Assembly: GCA_964584335.1 (NCBI GenBank)
Contig: CAZOZN010000001.1
Location: 211,882-275,881, forward strand
Origin: an uncultured archaeon
GTDB lineage: Archaea; Aenigmatarchaeota; Aenigmatarchaeia; PWEA01; JAGHBM01
Direction: 5' to 3'
DNA length: 64,000 nt
Of this stretch, positions 1 through 9,137 are shown piece by piece (within the stretch, counting starts at the first letter, position 1; each line of letters begins with the position of its first letter). Made by a program: the position numbers and the translations under genes. The notes below the pieces were generated by a model. The model was given only the letters and a program-made list of their open reading frames with translations. It searched no databases and had not been told where the DNA came from.

Positions 1-8
1 CTTCTGCC

Positions 9-2144
9 GTGACCCTTGCCGCGGGAACATATTCCTTAATTTGCAACGCCACGGAAGAAAACTATTCCTCCGCTACGGATTCCAATAATTTGACAATATC
101 AAAGGCGGGAACCTCCATATCTCTTTACTTGAACGGAACTCTCTTTACCTCACCCCAGTTTTTCGAGTATCCTCATTCTACAAAGGTTAATGCAACTGTA
201 AACGTTTCTTCCTTGACAGCAAATCTTTCCGTTACAGGAAATCCGGTATCAAATCCATACGAAGTATCGCATAAACCTAACACATATAACTACACGGGAA
301 CATTTACAGAGAACGAGAATTACACAGGCAGCACTTACCAGAAAGCTATAATAATGAGGGATACCGTTGCTCCAAGGCTTGACCTGAGAAGACCGGTTAA
401 CGGTACAATATACAATACAAACTCCTTAGAATTGAACTGGAGCGTCAGTGATTCTGGAACGGGCGTAAACATGACTTGGTATACCAGGGACAGTAGTTCC
501 ATAAAAAACTTTGTTTCAGGTCTTTCAAATAACACTACGGCGGGAACATTTGCTCCCGGAACGCACAATATAATATTTTATGTAAATGACAGCGATACCT
601 ACGACAGTACAGGCTCTACCAACTCTTCTTACAGCTGGTTTATAGTTAACACTACCATGAACGCTACAAAAGAGCTTTCCGATATAGAGGATTACGTGAA
701 TGATACCCAGAAACTCAAAAACATCAAATTAAAGGTCAACGGTACTGATGCCGGTGAAAATGAAAATCCGAACCAGACCTTTTCTCTCAATATTTGGATA
801 AACAGTTCAGGTACCAATGTTAACGTAACTATACCGGAGTTCAGGGGTCTTAACGCAAACTGGGACGAGAACTTTGACATAGATGTAAGCATAACGGGCA
901 GTGCCTCAAACAACAGCAGCAGCACAGCGGGAACAAGTATAAGGAAGATAATATCATTTTCAAGCACAGGAAATTTCCTTCCCGAAAACCGTTACTTGAG
1001 AGGTGCACAAATATTCATTAACCAGTCTGTTAACGGTTATGATGTCTTGTTTATTGATGATGATGCAGGAGAGACTGTTTACAAACTAGATCAGTGCTTT
1101 AACAATACACCAATAAATTGTACTAGCGTAAACACAGCCTGCTACACCAATACAAGCACAAACCTTACCATGTATGTTCCTCATCTTTCAGGAGGGGCTT
1201 TGGCCGAGGACACGGAACCACCTACAGTAAACATGGTTTCCCCTTCAAACAACTCCGTAGCATCAAATAGCTACTTTACTTTCACCTTTACTGCCGGAGA
1301 ATCCAACCCCAAACAGGATTTCTGCTGGTTCAACCTTACAGACAGTAGCGGAGATATTATAAACTATACTTCACTTACGAATGATTCATTTTCCTGGACA
1401 GGAACAACAGGAACGTACACCACGACATTCAGTGGAATTTCAAACGGAGAATATGATATGAAAATAAATTGCACCGATTTGAATGAAAACAGCACCGAGA
1501 ATCTTTACAATTTCAGTGTAGAAGATACAACAAAACCTTCAATAACCTCCATAACCTCTTCTTCCGTAACATCAAGCTCAGCTACGCTTTCCGTAGTCAC
1601 GGATGAAGCGGTAAACTGTGCTTATTCCACTACGGATTCAAATTATTCTGTTATGAATGCTTTCTCAACTACCGGTGCTTTATCACATTCCGTATCCCTC
1701 TCAGGACTTTCCGCCTCTACGTTATACACTTATTATGTCAGGTGCAATGATACGGCGGGTAACGTTATGTTAATTTCCAACTCAACAAGCTTTACTACAG
1801 AATCCGATGACGGGGATGGTGGAGACGGCACTTCCCCAGGCGGAGGAAGTATTAGGGGAGATGCAACTACAACTGTAAACACCACCACAACTATAGATGA
1901 GGAAGAGGAACAGGAGGAGGAAGAAGAACAGGAGGAACAGGAAGAAGAGAAAGAAAAAAAGAGAAAATGGGTTATTCCGGTAGACGAGCTTCCTGATAAT
2001 GTAATGACACAGTTGCTGGTAAGCATAACAATATTTTTGATATTAGTTGGAAGCATAGCTTACTGGAAAAGGCATGATATTTTCCACGGGAGATATTCTG
2101 ATAAAAAGGTTAAGAAGATAAAGAAAAAAGTAGAAAAAATTTGA
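9..2144 (+). CDS. Large cell-surface glycoprotein (Ig-like/FN3-like domains, C-terminal TM anchor); probably 5'-truncated by the window edge
   Basis: Thr/Ser/Asn-rich with many N-x-S/T sites, repeated DTxxP domain starts, FN3-like 'LSGLSASTLYTYYVRCND', Gly/Thr/Glu linker, TM helix then basic tail. Confidence 0.75.
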   Translation: MTLAAGTYSLICNATEENYSSATDSNNLTISKAGTSISLYLNGTLFTSPQFFEYPHSTKVNATVNVSSLTANLSVTGNPVSNPYEVSHKPNTYNYTGTFTENENYTGSTYQKAIIMRDTVAPRLDLRRPVNGTIYNTNSLELNWSVSDSGTGVNMTWYTRDSSSIKNFVSGLSNNTTAGTFAPGTHNIIFYVNDSDTYDSTGSTNSSYSWFIVNTTMNATKELSDIEDYVNDTQKLKNIKLKVNGTDAGENENPNQTFSLNIWINSSGTNVNVTIPEFRGLNANWDENFDIDVSITGSASNNSSSTAGTSIRKIISFSSTGNFLPENRYLRGAQIFINQSVNGYDVLFIDDDAGETVYKLDQCFNNTPINCTSVNTACYTNTSTNLTMYVPHLSGGALAEDTEPPTVNMVSPSNNSVASNSYFTFTFTAGESNPKQDFCWFNLTDSSGDIINYTSLTNDSFSWTGTTGTYTTTFSGISNGEYDMKINCTDLNENSTENLYNFSVEDTTKPSITSITSSSVTSSSATLSVVTDEAVNCAYSTTDSNYSVMNAFSTTGALSHSVSLSGLSASTLYTYYVRCNDTAGNVMLISNSTSFTTESDDGDGGDGTSPGGGSIRGDATTTVNTTTTIDEEEEQEEEEEQEEQEEEKEKKRKWVIPVDELPDNVMTQLLVSITIFLILVGSIAYWKRHDIFHGRYSDKKVKKIKKKVEKI

Positions 2145-2217
2145 AAAATAGCTCCAAACACCAGTATAACCCTAAAAATAGGTAGTTTTTTATTCTTTGC
2201 TGACAAATTATATAGAT

Positions 2218-3498
2218 ATGTTATTAAAATCAATTTTTTCCAGGAAAGAAGAAAAAAAGAATGAAGAGAAAAAAGAAATAGTTCTTGACAATATTGAAGA
2301 ATGGCTAATTAATGATAATAAGGACTTTATAGAGGGATTAGAAAAGAATATAGAAGAGAGCTACGGAAAGGTCGACGAAAAGCTCTCTGACTTAAGGGAA
2401 TCGAACAATATTTTTAAAAGGGCCCAAATACATCCCGATGTCCATAAGAAGCTTAAAAAGGCTGCTGAAACGAATAAATCAGACATAGAGAAGAGTATTG
2501 ATGATTTTATAGGTTCTTTTTCTATTCCAAAGGAAAAAGACTTTGGCACCGCGCTACAGTTCTGCGAGACCGTTTCAAAGAAGATGGGTGAGCTTGGAAA
2601 GAAAAACCAGAAGGCTTTTATTATAGTAAACGAGGCTCTAAGGAAGGATACCAAAAACATAAGAAAATCTCTCGGAAGTTTTGAGGAGGAAGTGCTTCAA
2701 TTGTGGGAAACACTCAAGGAAGAGCATGAGAAGGTCAGTAATATAGAGGAAGTTAAAAATCTTTCAAAAGAGCTCAAAGAGAAGATAGACAGGGAGCCCA
2801 AGATAGACAAAGAGATAAAAAGCCTTGAAAGCGCTCTTGGTTTTCAGGAACAAAAGATACATAGGGCAAAAAAAGATTTAGAAGAAATAAAAAACGGAAA
2901 AGAGATGTCAAAATTAAGTAAAAAGAAAAAAGAGATAGAAAACTTCAAAGAAAAGAGAAAGAAGTTAGAAGAGAGGCTAATTAATGAAATGGCCATGTTT
3001 GAGAAGGCATTTAAGAAAATAAAGTATTATAGGGGAGATAGTAAATCAAATCCAATAAAAGGTTATTTAGAGAGTCCTGTTGACACTTTAGCCCAAAAGA
3101 ACGGATTGAAGAAGTTTAAAGATTTTATAGGATATATAAAAAACGATATAGAAGAAAATAGCTTTAAATTATCAGATAAAACAAGAAAAAAAGCTCTTAC
3201 TGGGGTTGAAAGAGTTGAGTCTGGCGTACTCGACTGGACTCTTAACGAGTATAACGAATTGTCGGACAAAATAGAGAAATTATCTGACAGCATTGATAAA
3301 TCCAAAGTTCTTGTTAACCAAAAGGAAAAGAAAGAGGAATACAATGACTGGCATAATTCGTACAAGACGACTAAAAACAAGATTAAAAATCTAAAGAAAG
3401 AGAAGAAGAACATCAGAAGAATTATAAAAAACAAAAAAAGGCTTTTGGAGAACAAGATTAAAAAATTATCTGATTATAACGCTAAGGTTGTTATTTAA
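2218..3498 (+). CDS. Long coiled-coil hypothetical protein
   Basis: Long ORF, K/E-rich heptad pattern, no catalytic motif; ATG at 2218. Confidence 0.6.
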   Translation: MLLKSIFSRKEEKKNEEKKEIVLDNIEEWLINDNKDFIEGLEKNIEESYGKVDEKLSDLRESNNIFKRAQIHPDVHKKLKKAAETNKSDIEKSIDDFIGSFSIPKEKDFGTALQFCETVSKKMGELGKKNQKAFIIVNEALRKDTKNIRKSLGSFEEEVLQLWETLKEEHEKVSNIEEVKNLSKELKEKIDREPKIDKEIKSLESALGFQEQKIHRAKKDLEEIKNGKEMSKLSKKKKEIENFKEKRKKLEERLINEMAMFEKAFKKIKYYRGDSKSNPIKGYLESPVDTLAQKNGLKKFKDFIGYIKNDIEENSFKLSDKTRKKALTGVERVESGVLDWTLNEYNELSDKIEKLSDSIDKSKVLVNQKEKKEEYNDWHNSYKTTKNKIKNLKKEKKNIRRIIKNKKRLLENKIKKLSDYNAKVVI

Positions 3499-4525
3499 AG
3501 GCATCAAGCCTGCTTTGTGTGCCTTTTTTTTCTTTGATTTTGTCTAAGGCACTGTCCACTCTGTTTTCAGAAAATTCATATTCATCACAAAGTATTTTCT
3601 TTATTTTTTCCGCATCGGGTCTTTTCCACTCAAGACTGTAATCATCTGTTACCGGAGGGTTAATAAAGAAATCGAATATTTCTTCCGGAGAGGCCTCAAA
3701 TTCCCATTTTTTTTGTCCTATTTTTTTTAATAAAACGGAGTGATTTGCTTCCTCCTTGACCATTTTTAAAGCTGTTTTAGGTCCTATACCACTCAATCCG
3801 CCAGGATTGTAGTCTGTACCTACCCCAATACCAATTAAAATGAGTTTTTCCCTTGTCAGTTCCAGATTTTCTAATATATCCTTAAGTTCCAGCAATTCAG
3901 GCTTTACTTCAATGTAAGCCTGTTTTCCGGGCACTTTCTTTTTTCCTGTTATTGCTATGTTTCTTAAAAGTCTCTTTGAACCAAAAAGAATAGAATCGAA
4001 GTCCTGAGAAGATGAAGCCCAAACTTCACCTTTTTGCGACATAAAAGATGCCTGCGCCTCTCCTTCCGATGGAGCTTGTACGCAAGGAACTCCCATTGCA
4101 GAAAGAAGATTTTTAGAGCTTTTTATTATGTCTTCATCTATTTTTACACCTTGCTGTGCCCATTTTCTTGCTTCCTGTATGTCGCCTCTTTCTATGGCTT
4201 CTTTGTGTTTTTTGCGTGCATTTTCTCTTCTTTCTCTCCTTTCAAGGTTTGTTTTGTTTTTAAATGCTGGGGGCTTACCGTCAAATACGTAACAGGGTCT
4301 TACTCCGCAATTTAAAAGCTTGGTTGTTCTGTAGAATAGCCCTGAGAAGTGAGAGGTTACTCTTCCTTTTGAATCCTTAAGGGGAGTGCCGTCAGGCTGC
4401 CTTATTATCGAAATGAATTGGTATAGAACATTAAGAGCGTCTACAGCTATCTTTCTTCCCGTCAGTTCCTCTATTTCTATGTTTTTTTTGCATTCTGAGA
4501 CAAGTTCAGATATATTCACGCCCAT
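3491..4525 (-). CDS. fen: Flap endonuclease 1
   Basis: MGV start, AVDALN.LYQF, VFDG, APSEGEAQA, SQDFD, GTDYN and C-terminal PIP box QSRLDAF. Confidence 0.97.
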   Translation of the reverse strand: MGVNISELVSECKKNIEIEELTGRKIAVDALNVLYQFISIIRQPDGTPLKDSKGRVTSHFSGLFYRTTKLLNCGVRPCYVFDGKPPAFKNKTNLERRERRENARKKHKEAIERGDIQEARKWAQQGVKIDEDIIKSSKNLLSAMGVPCVQAPSEGEAQASFMSQKGEVWASSSQDFDSILFGSKRLLRNIAITGKKKVPGKQAYIEVKPELLELKDILENLELTREKLILIGIGVGTDYNPGGLSGIGPKTALKMVKEEANHSVLLKKIGQKKWEFEASPEEIFDFFINPPVTDDYSLEWKRPDAEKIKKILCDEYEFSENRVDSALDKIKEKKGTQSRLDAFK

Positions 4526-4562
4526 AATAAAAGATTAAATGGAATAAATAAAAAGATTAGGA

Positions 4563-6092
4563 CTAGTCCTTGAACATTCCTTTCCATAGGTCGTCTTTCA
4601 TTTTCTTACCGGTTTTCTTTTCCCATTCCTCTACGGATAGGGCATACTTTTTTCTTATCTTGTCTCCTATACCGAGCCCGTTGTATGCGCAAAACGGTAC
4701 TATACCCTCAGGAGTCGTGTAGTGGACCACGCACTTCTTTAGCCTGTCTATGTTAAGATTCCACGGGTCCTGGAACCACATGGACCCTATATAGAGGCTT
4801 TTATAGTGGAAATCCTTTAATCCGTCATAATCTCCCCTTAGAAGGGCATTGACTAGCATCTTTGATATGTTTAGTCCTTCAGGAACCTTGTTTTTGTCTA
4901 TGTGTTTTCTTACGTTAGAAAGGAATGCTGAGGCCATCTTTACTTTTTTTAGTTTTCCGGTCTTTTTTGACATTTCTTCAACCAGTCTCATGAAACCTTC
5001 AACATCCAAGAATCTTGTTATAGGCACTACCTTTCCTTTGTCTATAAAAACGTAAGTAGCGCCTCCGCACATGGAATTCGCGGTGAATTCTACCTGTTTT
5101 TTTCCTTTTAGATTTTCTACAAGCTTTGAAATAGGATAAACGAAGGGAACCGGGTAAAAATCATCCCTTTTTATCTGCCCGTCAAATCCGTTTTCGAGGG
5201 CTTCTATCATATCTATATAATCGGCGCGGTCCTTGTTTATGTGCTCCTTCGTGACTTTCTCTAATCTCCCGCAGAATGATATTGGCTGGAAGTTTACTCC
5301 TCTTACTACATCTATGTTTTCTATGGCAAACTTTACTATATCCGCCAGTTCGTTGAGGTTTCTTTTTGTGACTACGGGAACTAGAACTACGCTTTTTAGA
5401 TTGGCTTCTCTCAGATTTTTTATTGCTTTCCTGTTTGGCTCTATCCACGGGTTTGCCTTTACGGAAATGCCGTCAAAGCTCATGTAAACAGTATTTACAC
5501 CCAATTTCTTGAGTTTTTTGCAGTACTCGGGGTCTTCAGCAAGCCTTATTCCGTTGGTGTTGAGCTGTACGTGCTCAAATCCCATTTCCTTTGCCATTTT
5601 TATTATCTCGAAGAGGTCTTCCCTTATAGTGGGCTCTCCTCCCGTAAGCTGCAATGCCTTTGATGGAACAGGTTTTTCCTCTCTTACCTGTTTGAGCATC
5701 TTTCTTATTTCTTCCAGCGAAGGCTCGTAGACGTTCCCGCTTGCTCCAGCGTTCATAAAGCAGTAACTGCACCTAAGGTCGCACCTGTTTGTAACCAGAA
5801 GATTTGTAAGAAGACTTTGTGAAAGATGTTTAGGGTAAAGCTTCTCTTCCTCGGAAAGCCAGCTTTTTATTTCTTTGTTTTCTACTCCGCTTCCTATAAC
5901 ATCATATTTTTTCCATTTGTGGTAAATATTAGAATCATTAAAAACAATTTCCCTGAATGGCCCGTGCTTTTCGCACTCCTTGTCTATGAATACCTTGTTG
6001 CCTTCTTCAACCAGCTCTGCCTTTATCTTGTTTATTTTGCCTTCCTTAAGGCATTCAGGACAAATACTTTCAGTTGTTTCGAGTATATTCAT
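4563..6092 (-). CDS. tes: Radical SAM enzyme, tetraether lipid synthase (Tes/GDGT-MAS, MJ0619-like) family
   Basis: N-terminal CPEC...CEKH metal site, VTNRCDLRCSYCF, QLTGGEPT, RGVNFQP, MWFQD, KCVVHY..PEGIVPFCAYN. Confidence 0.8.
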   Translation of the reverse strand: MNILETTESICPECLKEGKINKIKAELVEEGNKVFIDKECEKHGPFREIVFNDSNIYHKWKKYDVIGSGVENKEIKSWLSEEEKLYPKHLSQSLLTNLLVTNRCDLRCSYCFMNAGASGNVYEPSLEEIRKMLKQVREEKPVPSKALQLTGGEPTIREDLFEIIKMAKEMGFEHVQLNTNGIRLAEDPEYCKKLKKLGVNTVYMSFDGISVKANPWIEPNRKAIKNLREANLKSVVLVPVVTKRNLNELADIVKFAIENIDVVRGVNFQPISFCGRLEKVTKEHINKDRADYIDMIEALENGFDGQIKRDDFYPVPFVYPISKLVENLKGKKQVEFTANSMCGGATYVFIDKGKVVPITRFLDVEGFMRLVEEMSKKTGKLKKVKMASAFLSNVRKHIDKNKVPEGLNISKMLVNALLRGDYDGLKDFHYKSLYIGSMWFQDPWNLNIDRLKKCVVHYTTPEGIVPFCAYNGLGIGDKIRKKYALSVEEWEKKTGKKMKDDLWKGMFKD

Positions 6093-6232
6093 TTTATCCC
6101 CCACAAACTTTTAAAACTTTTTAAAACTTGTAAAATATTTATAATCAGCTAGTATATATATGTTTAACTACTGTTTTTGATTGTAGTTTCTTTGTCTTTA
6201 AAGGCTTAAATAGTTTCATATTTTCCTTATTA

Positions 6233-7321
6233 TTGGTTGGAATGCCTTCAAATATTGTTTACAGGATTGGGTTGTTCCCTATAGAACTGAAGAACATGAA
6301 TATTGATACAGTTAATACAGTTTATAGTCCTGTTTTGAGCTTTGATAGCGTCGAGGCTTCCTTTATAAAAAACCCCAAGAATCTGGAGCTCACAGGCGAA
6401 TCTAAAATAAACAATCTAAGTTTAAAGGACAACAATACGGAAAAGATACTGCTTAAGGACAGTTCCATAGTGTACGAATTTCGTCCCTCAAAGCTTTCTA
6501 ATTTAAGGGAATTGTCACTCAGGGACAAATCCAGAATAGATAAGATTAGTCCTTATTCCTCGAGAATTAAAAAAATTGAGCTAAGCGATTCGTCTTCAAT
6601 TTACAATATAAAATCCTGGGGCGGTGTCGATTTTGATAAAATTAATCTTTATGATGATTCAAAAATATCTTATATTGATTTATTTTCTCCTAAGAATATT
6701 AAACAAATAAACCTTTTTGATAACTCAAAAATAGATTCTATTAAGTTGCGATATGTTTATCCCGGAGAGGAGTTTGAGAATTCCGTTCATGAAATAAATC
6801 TTTACGGAAAATCCAAGGTCGGTTCTATAAATATCAGGGATTCTTCGAAGGCCGGCAGGATAACTCTCAATGATAATTCAATCGCTATGGTTGATGCTTA
6901 CGGAGATTCGGAGATAGATGAGATAATACTCAAGGATAATTCAAGCTCGGGTTTGGTTGGACCTTACGGAAGTTCAAAGGTAAATAAAATAATGGTCTCG
7001 GGGAATTCAAAAATAAAGAGAATACCTGTTTGCATTGATTCGAGAGTTGGTGATATTTCTTTCAGGGACAAGCCCCAGGTCAAAGAGTTTGCAGTTTACA
7101 ACAAGTCAAGCGTAGGCAAACTCAGTACTTCGGATAATACTATCTTGAGGGATTTTGAAGTCTGGGATAGCTCAAGAATAGAAGAGTATGAGGGCAATTT
7201 CTTCCAGTCACCGGGCAACCATAGAATTGAAGGAGAAATTCCAAGAGAAGTTGTTAATATTTTAGATGCGAATGATATTTTTTACGGTTTGTGCAATTAC
7301 GCCAACCGGAAAGTTATTTAA
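6233..7321 (+). CDS. Repeat (beta-solenoid-like) protein
   Basis: More than 10 imperfect ~22-aa repeats of type I.L.D.SKI..I. Confidence 0.55.
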   Translation: MVGMPSNIVYRIGLFPIELKNMNIDTVNTVYSPVLSFDSVEASFIKNPKNLELTGESKINNLSLKDNNTEKILLKDSSIVYEFRPSKLSNLRELSLRDKSRIDKISPYSSRIKKIELSDSSSIYNIKSWGGVDFDKINLYDDSKISYIDLFSPKNIKQINLFDNSKIDSIKLRYVYPGEEFENSVHEINLYGKSKVGSINIRDSSKAGRITLNDNSIAMVDAYGDSEIDEIILKDNSSSGLVGPYGSSKVNKIMVSGNSKIKRIPVCIDSRVGDISFRDKPQVKEFAVYNKSSVGKLSTSDNTILRDFEVWDSSRIEEYEGNFFQSPGNHRIEGEIPREVVNILDANDIFYGLCNYANRKVI

Positions 7322-7354
7322 AAACGTGTTTTCAATCTTATTCAGGGTGTTAGA

Positions 7355-7795
7355 ATGGACTCAGAAAAGGAAATTTATTCTCTTTTTTCAAACGTTGCAT
7401 CGGAGCTGGGATACTCCGAGGTACACGGCAGAATAATAGCGGCATTGCTTGTGGAGGGCAAGTCTCTTTCCCTTGACGAGCTCAGGACAAAGATTGGTTA
7501 TTCAGCTTCTTCCGTTTCTTTAAGCCTTGACTTTCTTGAGATGCTCGATGTGGTCAGGAGAGTTAAGAAAACCAGCGACAAGAAACTTTACATAGAGCTT
7601 CAGGGAGATCTTCTGGAATGTTTGAGGAAGGCAATATTGTTCAAGGCCGAAAAGAACATAGATTCCACTCTTGAAGAATTCGAGAAATACAAAAACGGCG
7701 AGACAAGGAAAACGGTTAAGATACTTGAAAAGGAAATAAAAAGACTGAAAAGATACATAAATCTTCTCTCAAAAGTGAAGCTTCCAAGGTATTAA
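7355..7795 (+). CDS. GbsR/MarR-type winged-helix transcriptional regulator
   Basis: GYSEVHGRI.A.L...LSLDEL....GYS.SSVS.SL pattern. Confidence 0.8.
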   Translation: MDSEKEIYSLFSNVASELGYSEVHGRIIAALLVEGKSLSLDELRTKIGYSASSVSLSLDFLEMLDVVRRVKKTSDKKLYIELQGDLLECLRKAILFKAEKNIDSTLEEFEKYKNGETRKTVKILEKEIKRLKRYINLLSKVKLPRY

Positions 7796-7833
7796 TATAT
7801 TAAAATAGTTTTAATTAAATAATCTTTACAAAA

Positions 7834-8039
7834 GGGGCTGTAGTCTAACCAGGCAGGACAGCTGGCTCCAGAACAAATCCCTTTTCAGAAAAGGTATTTG
7901 TATTTACCAAAACTTGGAAACATTAATGTTTCCCTGATAATGATTCTGGAGCGTTGAGAAACCGTTTTGGTTTTAGTGAAAGAAAAAAGCTGTTAGGAGA
8001 TACCAGCAGATCAGAGTTCAAATCTCTGCGGCCCCACCA
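7834..8039 (+). tRNA. tRNA-Trp(CCA) with 130-nt intron at 37/38 (7872-8001)
   Basis: GGGGCTG...CGGCCCC-A-CCA acceptor, anticodon arm GCTGG-CTCCAG|A-CCAGC, T-arm CAGAG-TTCAAAT-CTCTG, intron ending GGAGAT as in euryarchaeal pre-tRNA-Trp. Confidence 0.93.
7934..7957 (+). ncRNA. Box C/D guide module inside the tRNA-Trp intron (predicted Cm34)
   Basis: TGATAATGATT, then CTGGAGC (antisense to anticodon-arm GCTCCAG), then G-TTGA; the 5th nt upstream of the D-like box pairs with C34. Confidence 0.7.
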
Positions 8040-8074
8040 AAACCTCTTTAGGAAAAAGGTTTTATCACAAAAAA
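8039..8074. repeat. tRNA-associated palindromic element (copy downstream of tRNA-Trp)
   Basis: AAAACCTCTTT-AGG-AAAAAGGTTTT-ATCACAAAA; related copies at 7873-7912, 10355-10382 and 61025-61061. Confidence 0.6.
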
Positions 8075-8091
8075 CAAAAGCTTTGGTTTCT

Positions 8092-8640
8092 ATGCTAAAA
8101 GAAAATATTGAAACAAACGACGGCAGAGAGATTCTTGTTAGAGAAGTGAAGTCATCTGATTTTAAGGAGATTGTAAATTTTAACAGAAGGGTAATAAGGC
8201 AGAAGACCGATACAATCTCGAGAAAGAGGAGCCCGGCTATAGAGGAAGAAAAGAAAAGAATTGGTTCTATTTTAAAGGATGTCAGAAGAAAGAGAACTCT
8301 TTTTCTTGTTTGCAAGTTCAATGGAAAAATAATAGGCAGTTCCTTCATGACCCGCAGCAGAAAGGAAAGAAAAAAGCATATTGTTTACTTTGGCATAGCT
8401 ATTGACAGGAATTTTCGTTTTCTCGGAATAGGAAAGAAGGTAATAAAAATTATGATAAAGGAAGTCAAAAAAAGGATGAAGGGAGCCAGGTTGATTCACC
8501 TTGAGGTTTTTTCTTATAACAAGGCGGCAATAAAAATATACAAGTACCTTGGTTTTGAAAAAATCGCCACTTTACCCAAGGCCGTTAAAAATAAAGGAAG
8601 GTATTACGATAGTTATATTATGTACTATTATTTGAGGTGA
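8092..8640 (+). CDS. GNAT family acetyltransferase
   Basis: FGIAID..FRFLGIG motif A, LEVFSYN..AI..Y..LGF; the ORF-track start overlaps the tRNA, so ATG 8092 is used. Confidence 0.85.
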   Translation: MLKENIETNDGREILVREVKSSDFKEIVNFNRRVIRQKTDTISRKRSPAIEEEKKRIGSILKDVRRKRTLFLVCKFNGKIIGSSFMTRSRKERKKHIVYFGIAIDRNFRFLGIGKKVIKIMIKEVKKRMKGARLIHLEVFSYNKAAIKIYKYLGFEKIATLPKAVKNKGRYYDSYIMYYYLR

Positions 8641-9137
8641 TAAGTGTGGGAATTGAGTTAAAAAAAGTTGATGTTGACATACCGGAAGGCTGTAATGTTG
8701 TTATTGGCCAGTCTCATTTTATTAAAACCGTGGAAGATATTCATGAGACAATTGCGGAAGCCGTACCCGGAGCCAAGTTCGGTCTGGCTTTCTGTGAGGC
8801 TTCAGGACCATGCCTGATAAGAAGGAGCGGAACAGACGAAGATATGGAAGAACTTGCTGTCATGAATGCGGAGAAGATGGCTGCAGGACACTCATTCATA
8901 ATTTTTATGAAGGACATGTTTCCGGTAAGCATTTTGAACAGAATTAAAAATGTATCGGAAGTATGCAGAATATTCTGCGCCACTGCAAACCCTCTTCAGG
9001 TTCTTATAGCGGAAACTGAACAAGGACGCGGTATAACGGGTGTTGTTGACGGCTCAAGCCCCAAAGGAATTGAAGTCGAGCAGGATATAAAAGACAGAAA
9101 GGAAATGTTAAGAAAAATAGGTTACAAGGTGAAATGA
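8637..9137 (+). CDS. DUF355 / adenosine-specific kinase family protein
   Basis: IGQSHFIKTVED, FGLAFCEASG, CATANP, GRG..GVVDG, LRKIGYK. Confidence 0.9.
   Translation: MISVGIELKKVDVDIPEGCNVVIGQSHFIKTVEDIHETIAEAVPGAKFGLAFCEASGPCLIRRSGTDEDMEELAVMNAEKMAAGHSFIIFMKDMFPVSILNRIKNVSEVCRIFCATANPLQVLIAETEQGRGITGVVDGSSPKGIEVEQDIKDRKEMLRKIGYKVK

Noticed and set aside
7954-8091. Long N-terminal extension of the GNAT ORF
   Set aside because: Overlaps tRNA-Trp and the palindromic element; ATG at 8092 is more plausible
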